64,000 nucleotides of DNA, taken from the NCBI GenBank assembly GCA_036677365.1, contig JAVBWN010000012.1, forward strand, positions 1 through 64,000. The letters run 5' to 3'. Origin of the DNA: Acholeplasma sp. GTDB taxonomy: Bacteria > Bacillota_I > Bacilli_A > Acholeplasmatales > UBA5453. Positions 48,829-59,793 of this stretch are shown piece by piece. Under the pieces are notes generated by a model. That model did not search any database. It was not told the origin of the DNA and saw only the letters and a program-made list of their open reading frames with translations. The position numbers and the translations under genes were made by a program. Each line of letters opens with the position of its first letter. The stretch's first letter is position 1.

Positions 48829-49800
48829 TCACTGGTCTTTTTTCGTACTATTTTGATGGATAAATCGTTGGTATTCATCATTATTTGGTATAGATGACAT
48901 ACCACCAAATTTGGTTGTTGTCAAAGCTGCTTTTGCATTAGCGACTATAAGCGCGTCCTCAACATGACTGGTTGAAAAGTCTAGGTTTCTTTTAATCATC
49001 TCTGCTAAAAATGTGCCAATGAATGCATCACCAGCCCCTGTGGTATCTACCACTTGAACTTTAAATGCAGGCACATCGACATGATTTCCCGATTTAAAGA
49101 AAAATGTAGAACCTTGGCTTCCTCGAGTGATGATGACATATTTTACATGACCAATAAACAAGGATTTTATAGCTGATGTTTCATCTGATATGCCTGTGAT
49201 AAATGACATTTCATCATTCGATATTTTGAGGAGATCTGCTTTAGGTATGAAAGATTGTATGACATCTCTATACGCATTGTGGTCTTTCCATAGTGATAAT
49301 CGTAGGTTAGGGTCAAAACTGATGAACCCACCCTGAAGTCTGGCACTGTCGATGGCTTTTATGTGAGCATCTCTAATTGGATAATCACATAAACTTACAG
49401 AACAAAAATGAAATACACAATCTTTTAGAATGCTTTCTTCAACTTGATCAGCATGAAGTAACTGATCTGCTGAAGGGTCTCGATAGAAGATGAAATCCCG
49501 TTCACCAGCATCCGATAGTGTCACGTAAGCCAAAGCCGTGTTGGCTAAACTAGATTGATACAAGTAATCACACGATACCCCTTCATCTTTTAGACAATCG
49601 ACTAGGTAATCACCGAAAGCGTCTTTACCTACCTGTCCGATGAAGTAACTCGAGATACCCGATTTTACACCTGCAACAGCCACATTGGCTGGTGCGCCAC
49701 CTGGGTATTTTGTAAACCCGGTGACCTCTTTCAATTTACGTCCTTTTTCTAAAGGGATAAAGTCAATCAATAATTCACCCATGGTGACTAAGTGTTTCAT
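48829..49800 (-). CDS. Fructokinase (PfkB family)
   Basis: GELLIDF, GGAPANVA, SFDPNLR, DTTGAGDAF; fructan context. Confidence 0.88.
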   Translation of the reverse strand: MKHLVTMGELLIDFIPLEKGRKLKEVTGFTKYPGGAPANVAVAGVKSGISSYFIGQVGKDAFGDYLVDCLKDEGVSCDYLYQSSLANTALAYVTLSDAGERDFIFYRDPSADQLLHADQVEESILKDCVFHFCSVSLCDYPIRDAHIKAIDSARLQGGFISFDPNLRLSLWKDHNAYRDVIQSFIPKADLLKISNDEMSFITGISDETSAIKSLFIGHVKYVIITRGSQGSTFFFKSGNHVDVPAFKVQVVDTTGAGDAFIGTFLAEMIKRNLDFSTSHVEDALIVANAKAALTTTKFGGMSSIPNNDEYQRFIHQNSTKKDQ

Positions 49801-49808
49801 AAAGACCT

Positions 49809-51320
49809 CTACTTATATTTCTTTAAATTGCTGATGGTCACGTTGCTATTGAGACCATAAAAACCAAAATTGGTTTGTTCTACTCTAAACATCCGTGCTG
49901 TGAGTGCCGTTTGTCCTTCCATGTATAAAGTAACAATGGACCCATCAGCGTCTAAAGCTTCTTCAAATAACAATGTAAACTTGAGTTGGTTGCTGGTATT
50001 GTAAAATGTATTGACGGTATACAAACGATCTGTCGTTCGTTGCGTAAAGTGTCCTCGATAGAAGGATATTCGCTGTAAATCAGCATTGAAATCATAATGA
50101 TAGGAAGCTTCACCTTCGCGATAGTCAAAGAATAATCCAAAGTAGCCATCAATTGAATCTATGTCTAAATAGCCCTCAATTTTAGTGATTCCTTCCAAAT
50201 CATTGAAGGTCACGTATTGATACTGACTGATGCTTGAAAAGGTGATTTTTTTGGTTGTAGCATTGGAGATGTTTGAATCGGTAATCTCCAACAATTGTGG
50301 GTGACTGATGGTTTCATCTATGGTGGATATGATATCTACATATAAGGTACCATTGGCGTTTTGTTTCAATTCATGGGCGATAAAATTACCACCCCAACCA
50401 AATTCATTGGTACGGTTGAAATCATGGGAAACCCAACCCCCTAAAATCATCTGTGAATCGCTCGCTGCGACTTTTCCGGCATATAAACCTTTACCATCAA
50501 AGCGATTCATCGATGGTTTAATCCATTCGTCAGAGAAATTCTTTTTGTATAGGTAATGGGTTTGTCTGCTTGGCCACTGGTCTGAAAATGTTAAGTACCA
50601 ATACCCATTGAAGTACCATAAGGTTGGACATTCTAAATTAGAATCGATTTGTCCAGTGCCTGTGGTTGCGTTATTTAAAAAGTAGATACCATTGGATTCT
50701 TTAGTCCAAGTAAGTAAATCATCGGATACCAAGTAACCAATAGCACCACGACCTAAGTATCGTGTTGTAAATAACATATAATACTGATTTAATTCTGGGA
50801 TGAACACGACATGAGGGTCTCTGAAATCATAGACATCAAAGCCGTAATCTCTGGGGTCTATGACCAAAGCCTGTTTTGTCCAGGTTTGCATGTTGTTTGT
50901 GGAAATCGACAACATGAACATTTCTTTTGGAACTAGACGGCCATTGTGTGCCGTATAGAATGCATAGAATGTGCCATCCTTCTCTATCACAGACCCAGTC
51001 CCTAGAGCGAGCTCTTGAGATTGGGTATCATGAATGACAGGAATGACTTCACCATGGTCTTCGAATTCAGTAAAGTTTGTGGTAGATAATCGATACCAAG
51101 GGTGAAAACCAGGTTTTGGTGCCGAATCATGTAAGTAGAAGAAGTGCCAAACCCCATCATGATAAAATGGCATGACATCTCCAATATTCCCGGATTGTTG
51201 TTTCGTAAATAGTGTCATATGGTCTTGGTTGACTATTTCATATTCAATTGGTGGGTTGGTTGTGCAGGCAGACAACGTGACGCCTAAGATTCCAACCAGG
51301 GCGAGTATGAATTTCTTCAC
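49809..51320 (-). CDS. Divergent GH32 lipoprotein (endo-levanase-like)
   Basis: LSAC; GDVMPFY, GTGS, FRDP, LECP, YAGK. Confidence 0.75.
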   Translation of the reverse strand: MKKFILALVGILGVTLSACTTNPPIEYEIVNQDHMTLFTKQQSGNIGDVMPFYHDGVWHFFYLHDSAPKPGFHPWYRLSTTNFTEFEDHGEVIPVIHDTQSQELALGTGSVIEKDGTFYAFYTAHNGRLVPKEMFMLSISTNNMQTWTKQALVIDPRDYGFDVYDFRDPHVVFIPELNQYYMLFTTRYLGRGAIGYLVSDDLLTWTKESNGIYFLNNATTGTGQIDSNLECPTLWYFNGYWYLTFSDQWPSRQTHYLYKKNFSDEWIKPSMNRFDGKGLYAGKVAASDSQMILGGWVSHDFNRTNEFGWGGNFIAHELKQNANGTLYVDIISTIDETISHPQLLEITDSNISNATTKKITFSSISQYQYVTFNDLEGITKIEGYLDIDSIDGYFGLFFDYREGEASYHYDFNADLQRISFYRGHFTQRTTDRLYTVNTFYNTSNQLKFTLLFEEALDADGSIVTLYMEGQTALTARMFRVEQTNFGFYGLNSNVTISNLKKYK

Positions 51321-52703
51321 CTATTTGCTCAACTCCTTTAAAGTAAGATTATGCATGGTTTGTGAGTCGATTTCGATATCCAATAATGCCTCATCAAAAT
51401 AGACCCTTGTTGTGATGGTTTTGTCTAATCCATGAATGAACAATTCTAAAGATGAATTATCCATAACAAGCGTAAATTGAACTTCTTTTTGTTGATGGCT
51501 GAGAGATCTTGCTTCCAATGGAAATAGTGTGGTACCACTGGTATCTAAAGTGATACAACCCTCATCAAAGGATAAAATGAAATGATTATAATGATGACCA
51601 AATCGAAGGTTTGTTTTTGAATGGGTATTTAAACGGCCAGTCAACACGAAATATTTGCTGGTTTGTGCGTTACTTATATGTGTTAAATCTCGAATTTCTT
51701 TTACATATTGATCTAAACATACCGGGGTTTGAATCAAACGACTGTTGACGATAGACAATGTACGCGGTAGTGTCATCGCCCCAGCCCAGGCATGATTGGA
51801 AAGCGCTGTATAGTAAGGTTTTCCCCACATCTCCATCCATGCGACAGATACTCTGGTATTATCTTTTAACAAGGTTTGCGGGGCGTAATAATGGTGACCC
51901 GCATCGATTTCATCGACGTGTTCAAAATGAAACATTCCTGTTTCGATATCGAATTGTCCAATAGCATAGAGTGAACTATTCACATTCTTAAAACGGTGAT
52001 CATTGGCTTTTAGATTGGTTGCTGAAAATAATAATACATGTTTCCCATCTAATTCGAATAAATCTGGGCATTCAGCAATCTCTCCAAACAGTGGGTGTAA
52101 AATGGCATTTTTATAATGGAATGTTTTAAAATCATCGGTTTGATAGACGAGGATTTGACCATGTTTGTCCTTCGTAGAAGAACCGATCAAGATGAAGTGT
52201 ATCCCACCAATCGTGACTGGGTTTGGGTCTCTAAAATCTATCTTTGAAGCATCCTCTGGCAAGTCTTCGATGGTGATCACTGGGACAGGTCCTTTTTTAA
52301 AGTGAATACCATCATTGGATATAGCCAAACTTTGTTCTTGTCTTTGAAATGCTTGATGGTAATGCGAGGTATACATCAAATACAGTTTACCATTAAATTC
52401 GGTGGCACCACCAGAGAAACAACCATCTTCATGTGCTAAATCTGGTGCAAGCGCAACAGGTAAATGTTCCCAATCGATTAAGTTTTTCGATCTGGCGTGG
52501 CCCCAATGCATTGGACCCCATTTGGCTTCATAAGGATAAAACTGGTAAAACAGGTGATAATAGCCTTGATAATAGATAAACCCATTGGGGTCATTCATCC
52601 AGCCCACTTCGGGCATCAAGTGGAATCGATGACGGTGTTTGGAATTCACCTTTTCAAGGTTTTGTTTGATATATTCATTGGCTTTGATGACTGTATAGTT
52701 CAT
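51321..52703 (-). CDS. Cytoplasmic GH32 beta-fructofuranosidase / sucrose-6-phosphate hydrolase
   Basis: WMNDPNG, FSG, FRDP, ECPD; no signal peptide. Confidence 0.9.
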   Translation of the reverse strand: MNYTVIKANEYIKQNLEKVNSKHRHRFHLMPEVGWMNDPNGFIYYQGYYHLFYQFYPYEAKWGPMHWGHARSKNLIDWEHLPVALAPDLAHEDGCFSGGATEFNGKLYLMYTSHYHQAFQRQEQSLAISNDGIHFKKGPVPVITIEDLPEDASKIDFRDPNPVTIGGIHFILIGSSTKDKHGQILVYQTDDFKTFHYKNAILHPLFGEIAECPDLFELDGKHVLLFSATNLKANDHRFKNVNSSLYAIGQFDIETGMFHFEHVDEIDAGHHYYAPQTLLKDNTRVSVAWMEMWGKPYYTALSNHAWAGAMTLPRTLSIVNSRLIQTPVCLDQYVKEIRDLTHISNAQTSKYFVLTGRLNTHSKTNLRFGHHYNHFILSFDEGCITLDTSGTTLFPLEARSLSHQQKEVQFTLVMDNSSLELFIHGLDKTITTRVYFDEALLDIEIDSQTMHNLTLKELSK

Positions 52704-52716
52704 ATCGATCCCATCC

Positions 52717-54783
52717 TTAATTGACAATGATGTCATATTTATTGAGTGTGGTTATGGTTGCGTTACCACCCGTAGCGTAAAAAGCAATCCCAATGTCATC
52801 GCTGTTTGGAAATACCACCGATGTCATGGTTTTTAAACCATCCTGAATGAAAATTTCAACTGAAGATACATCCAAGAAAATACGTAGTTTTAGTGTGTTA
52901 TTCTTTAAATCGATTTGAGTGGTTCGCGTGGAGGTGTTGAGTTCTTGACCGCGAATGGGTCTACCTGATTGACTGCGGTCAAACACCAACGTCTGACTGG
53001 CTTTATCATAGGTTATGAGCGTTCGATTTTCAGTGCCCTTGAACAACTCAATGCCCACGGAATTGGCCGTACCCATATCGATTTCAACTTCAAGTTCCAA
53101 TGTCTTACCGGAAACACCTGCGATTTGTAAAGGTACATCATTGACTAAAGCGACATTTTCAAGTTGGATTGGATTTTGTCGATAGTTTTCGATTTCACGC
53201 ACCGGTACTTGATAGAGTGAACCATCTTTAAATGATAACTCTCTTGGTAATGTGAACGCCCCTGCCCAACCATCGACTGCCGTAGGCATGGTGCGGTCCC
53301 ACATTTGCATCCAAGCGATCATAATCGTTCTGCCATCTGGGTGTTTGGCTGTTTGTGCTGCGTAGAAGTCAAATCCCCCATCGAGTTCATAAAAGCCTTC
53401 ATGATGGAATCTACCTGTACTGTAATCGAGGTTACCTTCCATGTAAACGACGGAATGTAGGTTCTCATAGTCATGGTTCTCTTTAGGTAATCTCATCGGA
53501 GATGAAATGAGGATTTGTTTTCCATCTACGATGAAGAAATCTGGACATTCATAGATGCCACCGGTTAAACGGTGGTAACCCGGTTGGTTGGGGTCATTGT
53601 TATTGAGCAATTCACCCACATATTCGAAGTAAACCAAGTCCATACTTTTATACAATAACAATTGACCCACACCATTGGTTTTTCCCCCAATGATGACATA
53701 ATACGTATCGTTGTGTTTGAATACTTTAGGGTCTCTGAAGTCGGAACTGTTCGCGTTACTTGGTAAATCCAATACACCGATGACAGGGTTGTTTCGATCT
53801 TTTTGGAAAGTGATCCCCCCATCTTCTGAATAAGCGATGGCCTGTTGTTGTAAACCATTGGAAACCGATGTATACATCAAATAGAGTTTGCCATCTTTTT
53901 CAATGGCTGACCCAGAAAATGCACCTAAATCTTTATCATAGGTTTTGTCTGGGGCGAGCGCCACTGGTAGGTGTTCCCATCGGATGAAATCGGTCGTTAC
54001 TTGGTGACCCCAATGCATGGGTCCCCAGTTCGATGCGTAGGGGTTATGTTGATAAAATAGATGAAATTGGCCATTGTACCAAATGACACCATTGGGATCG
54101 TTGGCCCAATTGTAACGACTCATGGCGTGGTAAGTTAATCGGTACCTTGGATTGATTTTTGATTCATTATCCGCTATGTATTTGTTCGCTTTAATGACAG
54201 CGGGGCTTTCATCGTATGGGCCTTGGAAGTTCACGATAAAGTCATCGACATTGATGTAGTTATACCCATCATTAAAGGTATCCAAATCCACCACTTTAAC
54301 GCGGATTTTTTCATCTAGATAATCACTTAAATCGACACTCATACGAAACATTTGGTCGGTATCGTTAAAGTTTTCATTACCAACACGAATGAGTTCTTCC
54401 CCGTGTTCGTTTATAAAGCTCACATACGTTAATGTGGGGTCTTCACCGGCCCCGACGAGAAAACCGATGATCCCATTGCCTTTAAGCACAAAAGATTCAG
54501 AAATCATTTGACCTGTGAGTTGTCCTAAACCACCTTTACCCCCATGGTAAAAGTAGATGCCTTGTTGACGGTATTCAAGTTGATTGGCATCTCTTTTTTG
54601 AAATGAGATGAAGGATGGATTGAACGCTTCGCCTGTGGTGGTCCAACCCTCGAGATTCCCGGATTCAAAATCGCCATTGGTGAAACTGTATGGCGTTTGG
54701 ACATCGAGGTTATCTTTAGATTTTGTACAAGCAGATAGCGTGAATAATACGCTTAGGACAAATAACAAATACATTTTTTTCAT
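52717..54783 (-). CDS. GH32 lipoprotein with N-terminal CBM-like module
   Basis: LSAC; NGDFESG...WTTTGEAF...YINVDDF module; WANDPNG, FRDP, YECP. Confidence 0.88.
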   Translation of the reverse strand: MKKMYLLFVLSVLFTLSACTKSKDNLDVQTPYSFTNGDFESGNLEGWTTTGEAFNPSFISFQKRDANQLEYRQQGIYFYHGGKGGLGQLTGQMISESFVLKGNGIIGFLVGAGEDPTLTYVSFINEHGEELIRVGNENFNDTDQMFRMSVDLSDYLDEKIRVKVVDLDTFNDGYNYINVDDFIVNFQGPYDESPAVIKANKYIADNESKINPRYRLTYHAMSRYNWANDPNGVIWYNGQFHLFYQHNPYASNWGPMHWGHQVTTDFIRWEHLPVALAPDKTYDKDLGAFSGSAIEKDGKLYLMYTSVSNGLQQQAIAYSEDGGITFQKDRNNPVIGVLDLPSNANSSDFRDPKVFKHNDTYYVIIGGKTNGVGQLLLYKSMDLVYFEYVGELLNNNDPNQPGYHRLTGGIYECPDFFIVDGKQILISSPMRLPKENHDYENLHSVVYMEGNLDYSTGRFHHEGFYELDGGFDFYAAQTAKHPDGRTIMIAWMQMWDRTMPTAVDGWAGAFTLPRELSFKDGSLYQVPVREIENYRQNPIQLENVALVNDVPLQIAGVSGKTLELEVEIDMGTANSVGIELFKGTENRTLITYDKASQTLVFDRSQSGRPIRGQELNTSTRTTQIDLKNNTLKLRIFLDVSSVEIFIQDGLKTMTSVVFPNSDDIGIAFYATGGNATITTLNKYDIIVN

Positions 54784-54854
54784 AAATGATGACTCCTTGT
54801 GTAGTCATGAAGGGAAGCCAAATAGTGGACTTGACTTCCCTTATGACAAATGGG

Positions 54855-56582
54855 TTAGGCTAATTCAATGATGGTAATTGAATCGATATAAATGATGGCT
54901 TCGCCTGTATTGAATGATCCAAATTGGAACAATAATTCGATGTTTTCACTGAAGGATTGTAGGTTTGGTGTTTCGTAACTGAATGTTTGAGGGGTTGTTG
55001 TCAATTCAAACATCGTGGTGACTTTTGGATTCCATTGACCCATTGGGTTCACTGCGAAGAATCCACTGATTGTCTTCGATGCGTGTGCAACAAATTCAAT
55101 TCTATATTTTGAACCGTCGTTGAATACGACATTTTCTAGATAAACTTTGTTGTACCAGTCGGTATCACCAAATACGGATACATCATAAACCAATTTACCC
55201 GATTCAACATCGACATATAGGTTGGCTGCTGCAGGTGCATTTTCGAAGCTTGCGAAACCTTCAGGTAGACCAGAGAAGCGTGTGACTGTTTCTGAAAAAC
55301 CGTCGTATTGGGTTAAAACAACATTGGAAATGGTAATGACAACAGCAGTCGCTTGTCCACCAAATTGGAAGAACATATCAAAATCATTGATATCTACTGC
55401 GTTGGTTGTGAATGTATGATTGACCACTCTGGTTTCATCTTTGCCTAAGTTTGGTCCGGACCAAATATAGTTTTCATCACGACCACCCGATTGTTGTGAA
55501 CGGGTTCTTGCGATGTATTCATAACGAATCGCTTCGGTAGCGTGAATGGTATAGGTAAGCTTATATACTTTGTTCGCTTGAAGTTGTAGTGGTTCATGGT
55601 ATAGTTTTTGTTCCCAAATACCAGCCACAGGGTCAGTGATATCAATCACAACTTTGCCATCGACAGCACTTGCGGAAGATGTGCCTTTATCATTGACATA
55701 AACCCAACCATCGCCACCAGCGGTGATGTCCGTAAAGCCAATCGATGTGCTTTGTGGATTGCTGTTAGCAACCACGGTTAAACGGCTGATGTGAACAGAA
55801 TAATCGGCTGCGCCTTGACCACCGACATTGAACATCAATTCAGCGGCTTCGTTGGTAACATCCACAGCGAATGTGTGAGAATAAGTACGGTATTCAGTAC
55901 CGACTTCTTGTCCCCACATGCCCGCATATGGGTCCCATGAACCTGGGGTTTTACCATTGATGACAAATGCGACACCAGTAAGTGTTCTGGAGGCTTTAGC
56001 TTCTAAGCTGATGGTATATGTTGTACCCGCTTGAAGGTTTAATAATTTGAATATTTGGTTATCGCCATCCCCATTACCTGAGGTAATCGGGGTATAAACC
56101 AATGCGCCATTAGATACGCTTAAAGCATTGACTTCTTGACCAGCTTCCTTAGAAACAAATCCCTTTAAAGCAGAAGCAGCGATAGAATTGAATTCATATA
56201 CCACACGGCTCTTTTCTGTAACAACTAAGTTTTCTAATACATCCAAGAATAAAGTAGCGGTTGCTTTTAAAGTGGCGTCTTTAGGATCGGTTGCGGTGAG
56301 GGTAACCAAGTAAGAACCGGGTTCTTGTGGGGTAACCACACCATTAACGATGGTTGCTGTCGATGGGTCTGTGGTAACCACGATTTGATTGGTGATATCC
56401 ACATTACCATGAGCAATCGCTGTGACACCTTCTAAAACGTTGATCGATTCACCTTCGGTAATTTCTGCCGTAGGTGGTAAGCCAGTGATGACTGGTTTTG
56501 TTCTCTCTTCGGATGTGCCATTACATGCGATGAGGACCAGTGCAATCACCAATACAAGCATTGTACTGAGTAATTTCTTCAT
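54855..56582 (-). CDS. Non-catalytic carbohydrate-binding lipoprotein (Ig plus three CBM4/9-like modules)
   Basis: LIAC; three repeats of Y.I...A.A....F..L.F(Q/N).G. Confidence 0.7.
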   Translation of the reverse strand: MKKLLSTMLVLVIALVLIACNGTSEERTKPVITGLPPTAEITEGESINVLEGVTAIAHGNVDITNQIVVTTDPSTATIVNGVVTPQEPGSYLVTLTATDPKDATLKATATLFLDVLENLVVTEKSRVVYEFNSIAASALKGFVSKEAGQEVNALSVSNGALVYTPITSGNGDGDNQIFKLLNLQAGTTYTISLEAKASRTLTGVAFVINGKTPGSWDPYAGMWGQEVGTEYRTYSHTFAVDVTNEAAELMFNVGGQGAADYSVHISRLTVVANSNPQSTSIGFTDITAGGDGWVYVNDKGTSSASAVDGKVVIDITDPVAGIWEQKLYHEPLQLQANKVYKLTYTIHATEAIRYEYIARTRSQQSGGRDENYIWSGPNLGKDETRVVNHTFTTNAVDINDFDMFFQFGGQATAVVITISNVVLTQYDGFSETVTRFSGLPEGFASFENAPAAANLYVDVESGKLVYDVSVFGDTDWYNKVYLENVVFNDGSKYRIEFVAHASKTISGFFAVNPMGQWNPKVTTMFELTTTPQTFSYETPNLQSFSENIELLFQFGSFNTGEAIIYIDSITIIELA

Positions 56583-57151
56583 ATTTTTTCTCCTTTTTCT
56601 CTCTTATCTTTTTCAATCTGTAGAGCCTTACTTGAAATGAAACTGATCGATTGAAGCCACGGTACCACGAGAATTAGTGCCCATATGGCGTAAATCGATA
56701 GGTAAACCATGAGGATGCTCAACAACAACATCAAAGCCGTTGACTTGTATTGTACGAGCATCAAGTATAGGGTGTTTCGAATGAGTTCTTTGAATGTGAC
56801 ACGCATTTTTATCAAGATCATCGGTGGATACATCACCAAACTGAGGATGGATAAACCTAGGATGACTAAGACAAATCGGTTGAACCAAAATAGAATGCCA
56901 GTCTCACGAATTTGAAGTAACAACAAAATCATCAAACCGAAAAACAAAACCATCACGGATAAGAGAACGATGTGTTTGAGATTCTCTTTAATCACTTTAA
57001 CCATCGATTTGAATTGTTCATTCTCATAAAAAGCAATCACAGAAACGACCATAGCGTAGAGCGGTATCACCAAGATACCTGCGATAAATAATAGTAAGCT
57101 TAGAAACAAGTAATCGAACAAATAGTTCCCAATCTTAATGTAGAGTTTCAA
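56579..57151 (-). CDS. YesL/DUF624-like membrane protein
   Basis: Hydrophobic throughout; typical position after a sugar ABC binding protein. Confidence 0.6.
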   Translation of the reverse strand: MKLYIKIGNYLFDYLFLSLLLFIAGILVIPLYAMVVSVIAFYENEQFKSMVKVIKENLKHIVLLSVMVLFFGLMILLLLQIRETGILFWFNRFVLVILGLSILSLVMYPPMILIKMRVTFKELIRNTLYLMLVQYKSTALMLLLSILMVYLSIYAIWALILVVPWLQSISFISSKALQIEKDKREKGEKI

Positions 57152-57153
57152 GG

Positions 57154-58875
57154 TTATTCGTACCTGTCATATGCACTTTGATAAGCACGGATCATGTCAT
57201 TTAATTTCATTTGGTTTAACTTACTAACGTAAGCATTCCATTCACTATCGGTCACACCACCATTGAGTAACCAACCGGTTGTAGACTGATATACATAAGA
57301 ATAAATGTCAGTACCATACCGATTGATGGTGTTCATTTCCGATAAATTAAAACTCACATTTGGGTATTGCCTTACACCTTCCATGATGTAGGGTTTGATA
57401 TAAACATCGAGTAAAGCCAAACGTAATCTGGCACGGTATTCCATCACCAACGTATTTTCCCATTGTTCGTAGGATAAGTAGATGACACCCATCGGTGCGT
57501 TTTTAAGTCTGAGTTCATCGGCAGTCATGCCATCCGGGATTGGTTTTTGAATGAGTAAGCCATCTGGGTTTAATTCTTCTTCATAAGCAATACCAATTGG
57601 GCCATAATTGATTTGAGCTGAGATGACAGGGTCGTAGAATCGGTCAATCCAAGTCAGAAGGATTTCAGGGTTTTGTGCTTTAGAGAATACAACGAAGTTA
57701 CCCTTAGAGATTTCTTGGTTATTTGAAACCCCAATATTTTGTTTACCATCCGGTCCAATGAGCGGTGGTAAAGCGACATATTGAGATTGCCATTCAGGTT
57801 TGATGACAGTTTCCTTTTCCCACCAGTAGAAGGAACCTAAACGTGGGTTGGAGCCTTTACCTTTGGCTAACAAATCAAATTCGCCTTGGGTTAATACATC
57901 TTTTTCGATTAAGCCTTCTTCAATCCAACCTGCAAAGAAGTTGGTTGCTTGTTTGTATTTATCGAGTGCTGCAGTGAAAGTGACTTGGTCATTGACGACG
58001 GTTAAATGGTCAATATTTTCAGGTACCCCAAAAGCACCATATAAATCGGATTGGTTCCCTTGCCAGCCACCAAATCTGAAGGTGAGTGGGATGAGGTTTG
58101 CAGACGTGAGTAAGGAAGCGTTATTCTTCATAGCACGTAGGATTGCTTCATATTGTGCGAGTGTGAATCCATTGACCACTTGATCATTGACGGTAATGAC
58201 CAATGGTTTTAATTGGATATTTGATTCAGTTGAAGTATCTTCTAAGTTTCCACCTTCAATGGAAACACGTAAAGCTTGTCCATTGAGTGAAATGAGGTTT
58301 TGACTGGAGAGTAGATTCACCCAATCTTTATTGATGAATAGAATGTTAGGGTGTTGTAATAGACCCATTTCTTCCACACGTGGTAAGGCATAGATATGAC
58401 CATCTGGGGCTGTGATGACTTTTTGTATGTCTGGTCTTTCTTCTAAGATCTTTTTGAAGTTAGGCATATTATCGAGATATTGATCTAACGCGATGATCGT
58501 ACCTGCAGCCGAATATTGAATGATATCTCTGTCTGAGAAGCCTGCATGATACATCGCATCGGGTAGATTTCTCGTATCTTGAATGATCATTTGTTTGGTG
58601 GTCGAAAAGGTCTCTTCTGACAAGTTGTTCCACTTGATTTTTACATTCGTATCTTCAAACATCTTTTTGAAGATATCCATATCGTTATAATTGATTGCTA
58701 GAGCATTCTTAGGCGATATGATGGTATACTCAACCACTTCTTGAACAATCGGTAAACCATTGGGATTATACCCGAGTTCATCTAATGTTTTTGTTGGACC
58801 ACTTGGCTTTTGTCCACACGCGACCAAGGCGAGTGAGACCAAAGCGATGGTTAATAATCCAAACCATTTTTTCAT
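57154..58875 (-). CDS. Carbohydrate ABC transporter solute-binding lipoprotein
   Basis: LVAC; GLPIV, TNVKIKW, PDGHIYALP. Confidence 0.88.
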   Translation of the reverse strand: MKKWFGLLTIALVSLALVACGQKPSGPTKTLDELGYNPNGLPIVQEVVEYTIISPKNALAINYNDMDIFKKMFEDTNVKIKWNNLSEETFSTTKQMIIQDTRNLPDAMYHAGFSDRDIIQYSAAGTIIALDQYLDNMPNFKKILEERPDIQKVITAPDGHIYALPRVEEMGLLQHPNILFINKDWVNLLSSQNLISLNGQALRVSIEGGNLEDTSTESNIQLKPLVITVNDQVVNGFTLAQYEAILRAMKNNASLLTSANLIPLTFRFGGWQGNQSDLYGAFGVPENIDHLTVVNDQVTFTAALDKYKQATNFFAGWIEEGLIEKDVLTQGEFDLLAKGKGSNPRLGSFYWWEKETVIKPEWQSQYVALPPLIGPDGKQNIGVSNNQEISKGNFVVFSKAQNPEILLTWIDRFYDPVISAQINYGPIGIAYEEELNPDGLLIQKPIPDGMTADELRLKNAPMGVIYLSYEQWENTLVMEYRARLRLALLDVYIKPYIMEGVRQYPNVSFNLSEMNTINRYGTDIYSYVYQSTTGWLLNGGVTDSEWNAYVSKLNQMKLNDMIRAYQSAYDRYE

Positions 58876-58890
58876 GTAATGTATTTCCTC

Positions 58891-59793
58891 CTATTTAAAG
58901 CTTCCAACTAGGAAACCTTCTTTGAAAAATCGTTGTACTAATGGGTAAATCAAGATGATTGGTAAGCTTGAAACAATGATGACACCATATTTGATTTGGT
59001 TGGCTAAACGTAAACGTTCATAGATGTCTTCGCCGGTAATACCGCCAGAGGCATTGTCGTTCACAATCAAGATATTTCTTAACACGATTTGAAGTGGGTA
59101 TAACTCTTCACTTCGAATGAATACCATCGCGTCAAAGTATGAGTTCCATCGACCCACCGCGTAGAATAGAATCATGACGGCGATGATGGGTTTAGATATC
59201 GGTAGAATCACAGACCAGAAGGTTCTAAATTGACTCGCCCCATCGACTTGTGCGGCTTCAATCAATTCGATTGATATGTTGGATTCATAATAAGCTTTGA
59301 CCATGAACATATTCCAAACGCTCAAACCTTGTGGGATGATCAATACCCAAAAGGAATCAATCATGCCTAAATTAGATATCAAGAAGTAGAATGGGATGAG
59401 TCCACCACCGAAGAACATCGTGATGATGAAGAACCACATGATGTACTTACGATATGGTAAGTTGGGTCTCGATAACGCATACCCTGCTGGGATGGTTAAG
59501 ATGATGTTTAAAGTGGTACCAACCAGCGTGTATAAGATGGTATTCTTATAACCAGTCCATATTTGAGGGTCAGCGAATATCTTCGCATACCCACTGAAAT
59601 CAATCGTATCTGGCCATAACCAGACTTCGCCATTGAGTACGGCATCGGGATTCGATACCGAAGCAATCACCATAAACCACAGTGGGTATAAGATGAGGAT
59701 GGCAAACAGCGTCATGAGTGCAATCACGCCATAGTGAAACAGTTGATCGCCTTTAGATTCCATCGAGTGTCGCTTTTTGATTTGTTTTACCAT
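58891..59793 (-). CDS. Carbohydrate ABC permease
   Basis: TMFFGGGLIP, EAAQVDGA, RWNSYF, YPLQ. Confidence 0.92.
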   Translation of the reverse strand: MVKQIKKRHSMESKGDQLFHYGVIALMTLFAILILYPLWFMVIASVSNPDAVLNGEVWLWPDTIDFSGYAKIFADPQIWTGYKNTILYTLVGTTLNIILTIPAGYALSRPNLPYRKYIMWFFIITMFFGGGLIPFYFLISNLGMIDSFWVLIIPQGLSVWNMFMVKAYYESNISIELIEAAQVDGASQFRTFWSVILPISKPIIAVMILFYAVGRWNSYFDAMVFIRSEELYPLQIVLRNILIVNDNASGGITGEDIYERLRLANQIKYGVIIVSSLPIILIYPLVQRFFKEGFLVGSFK

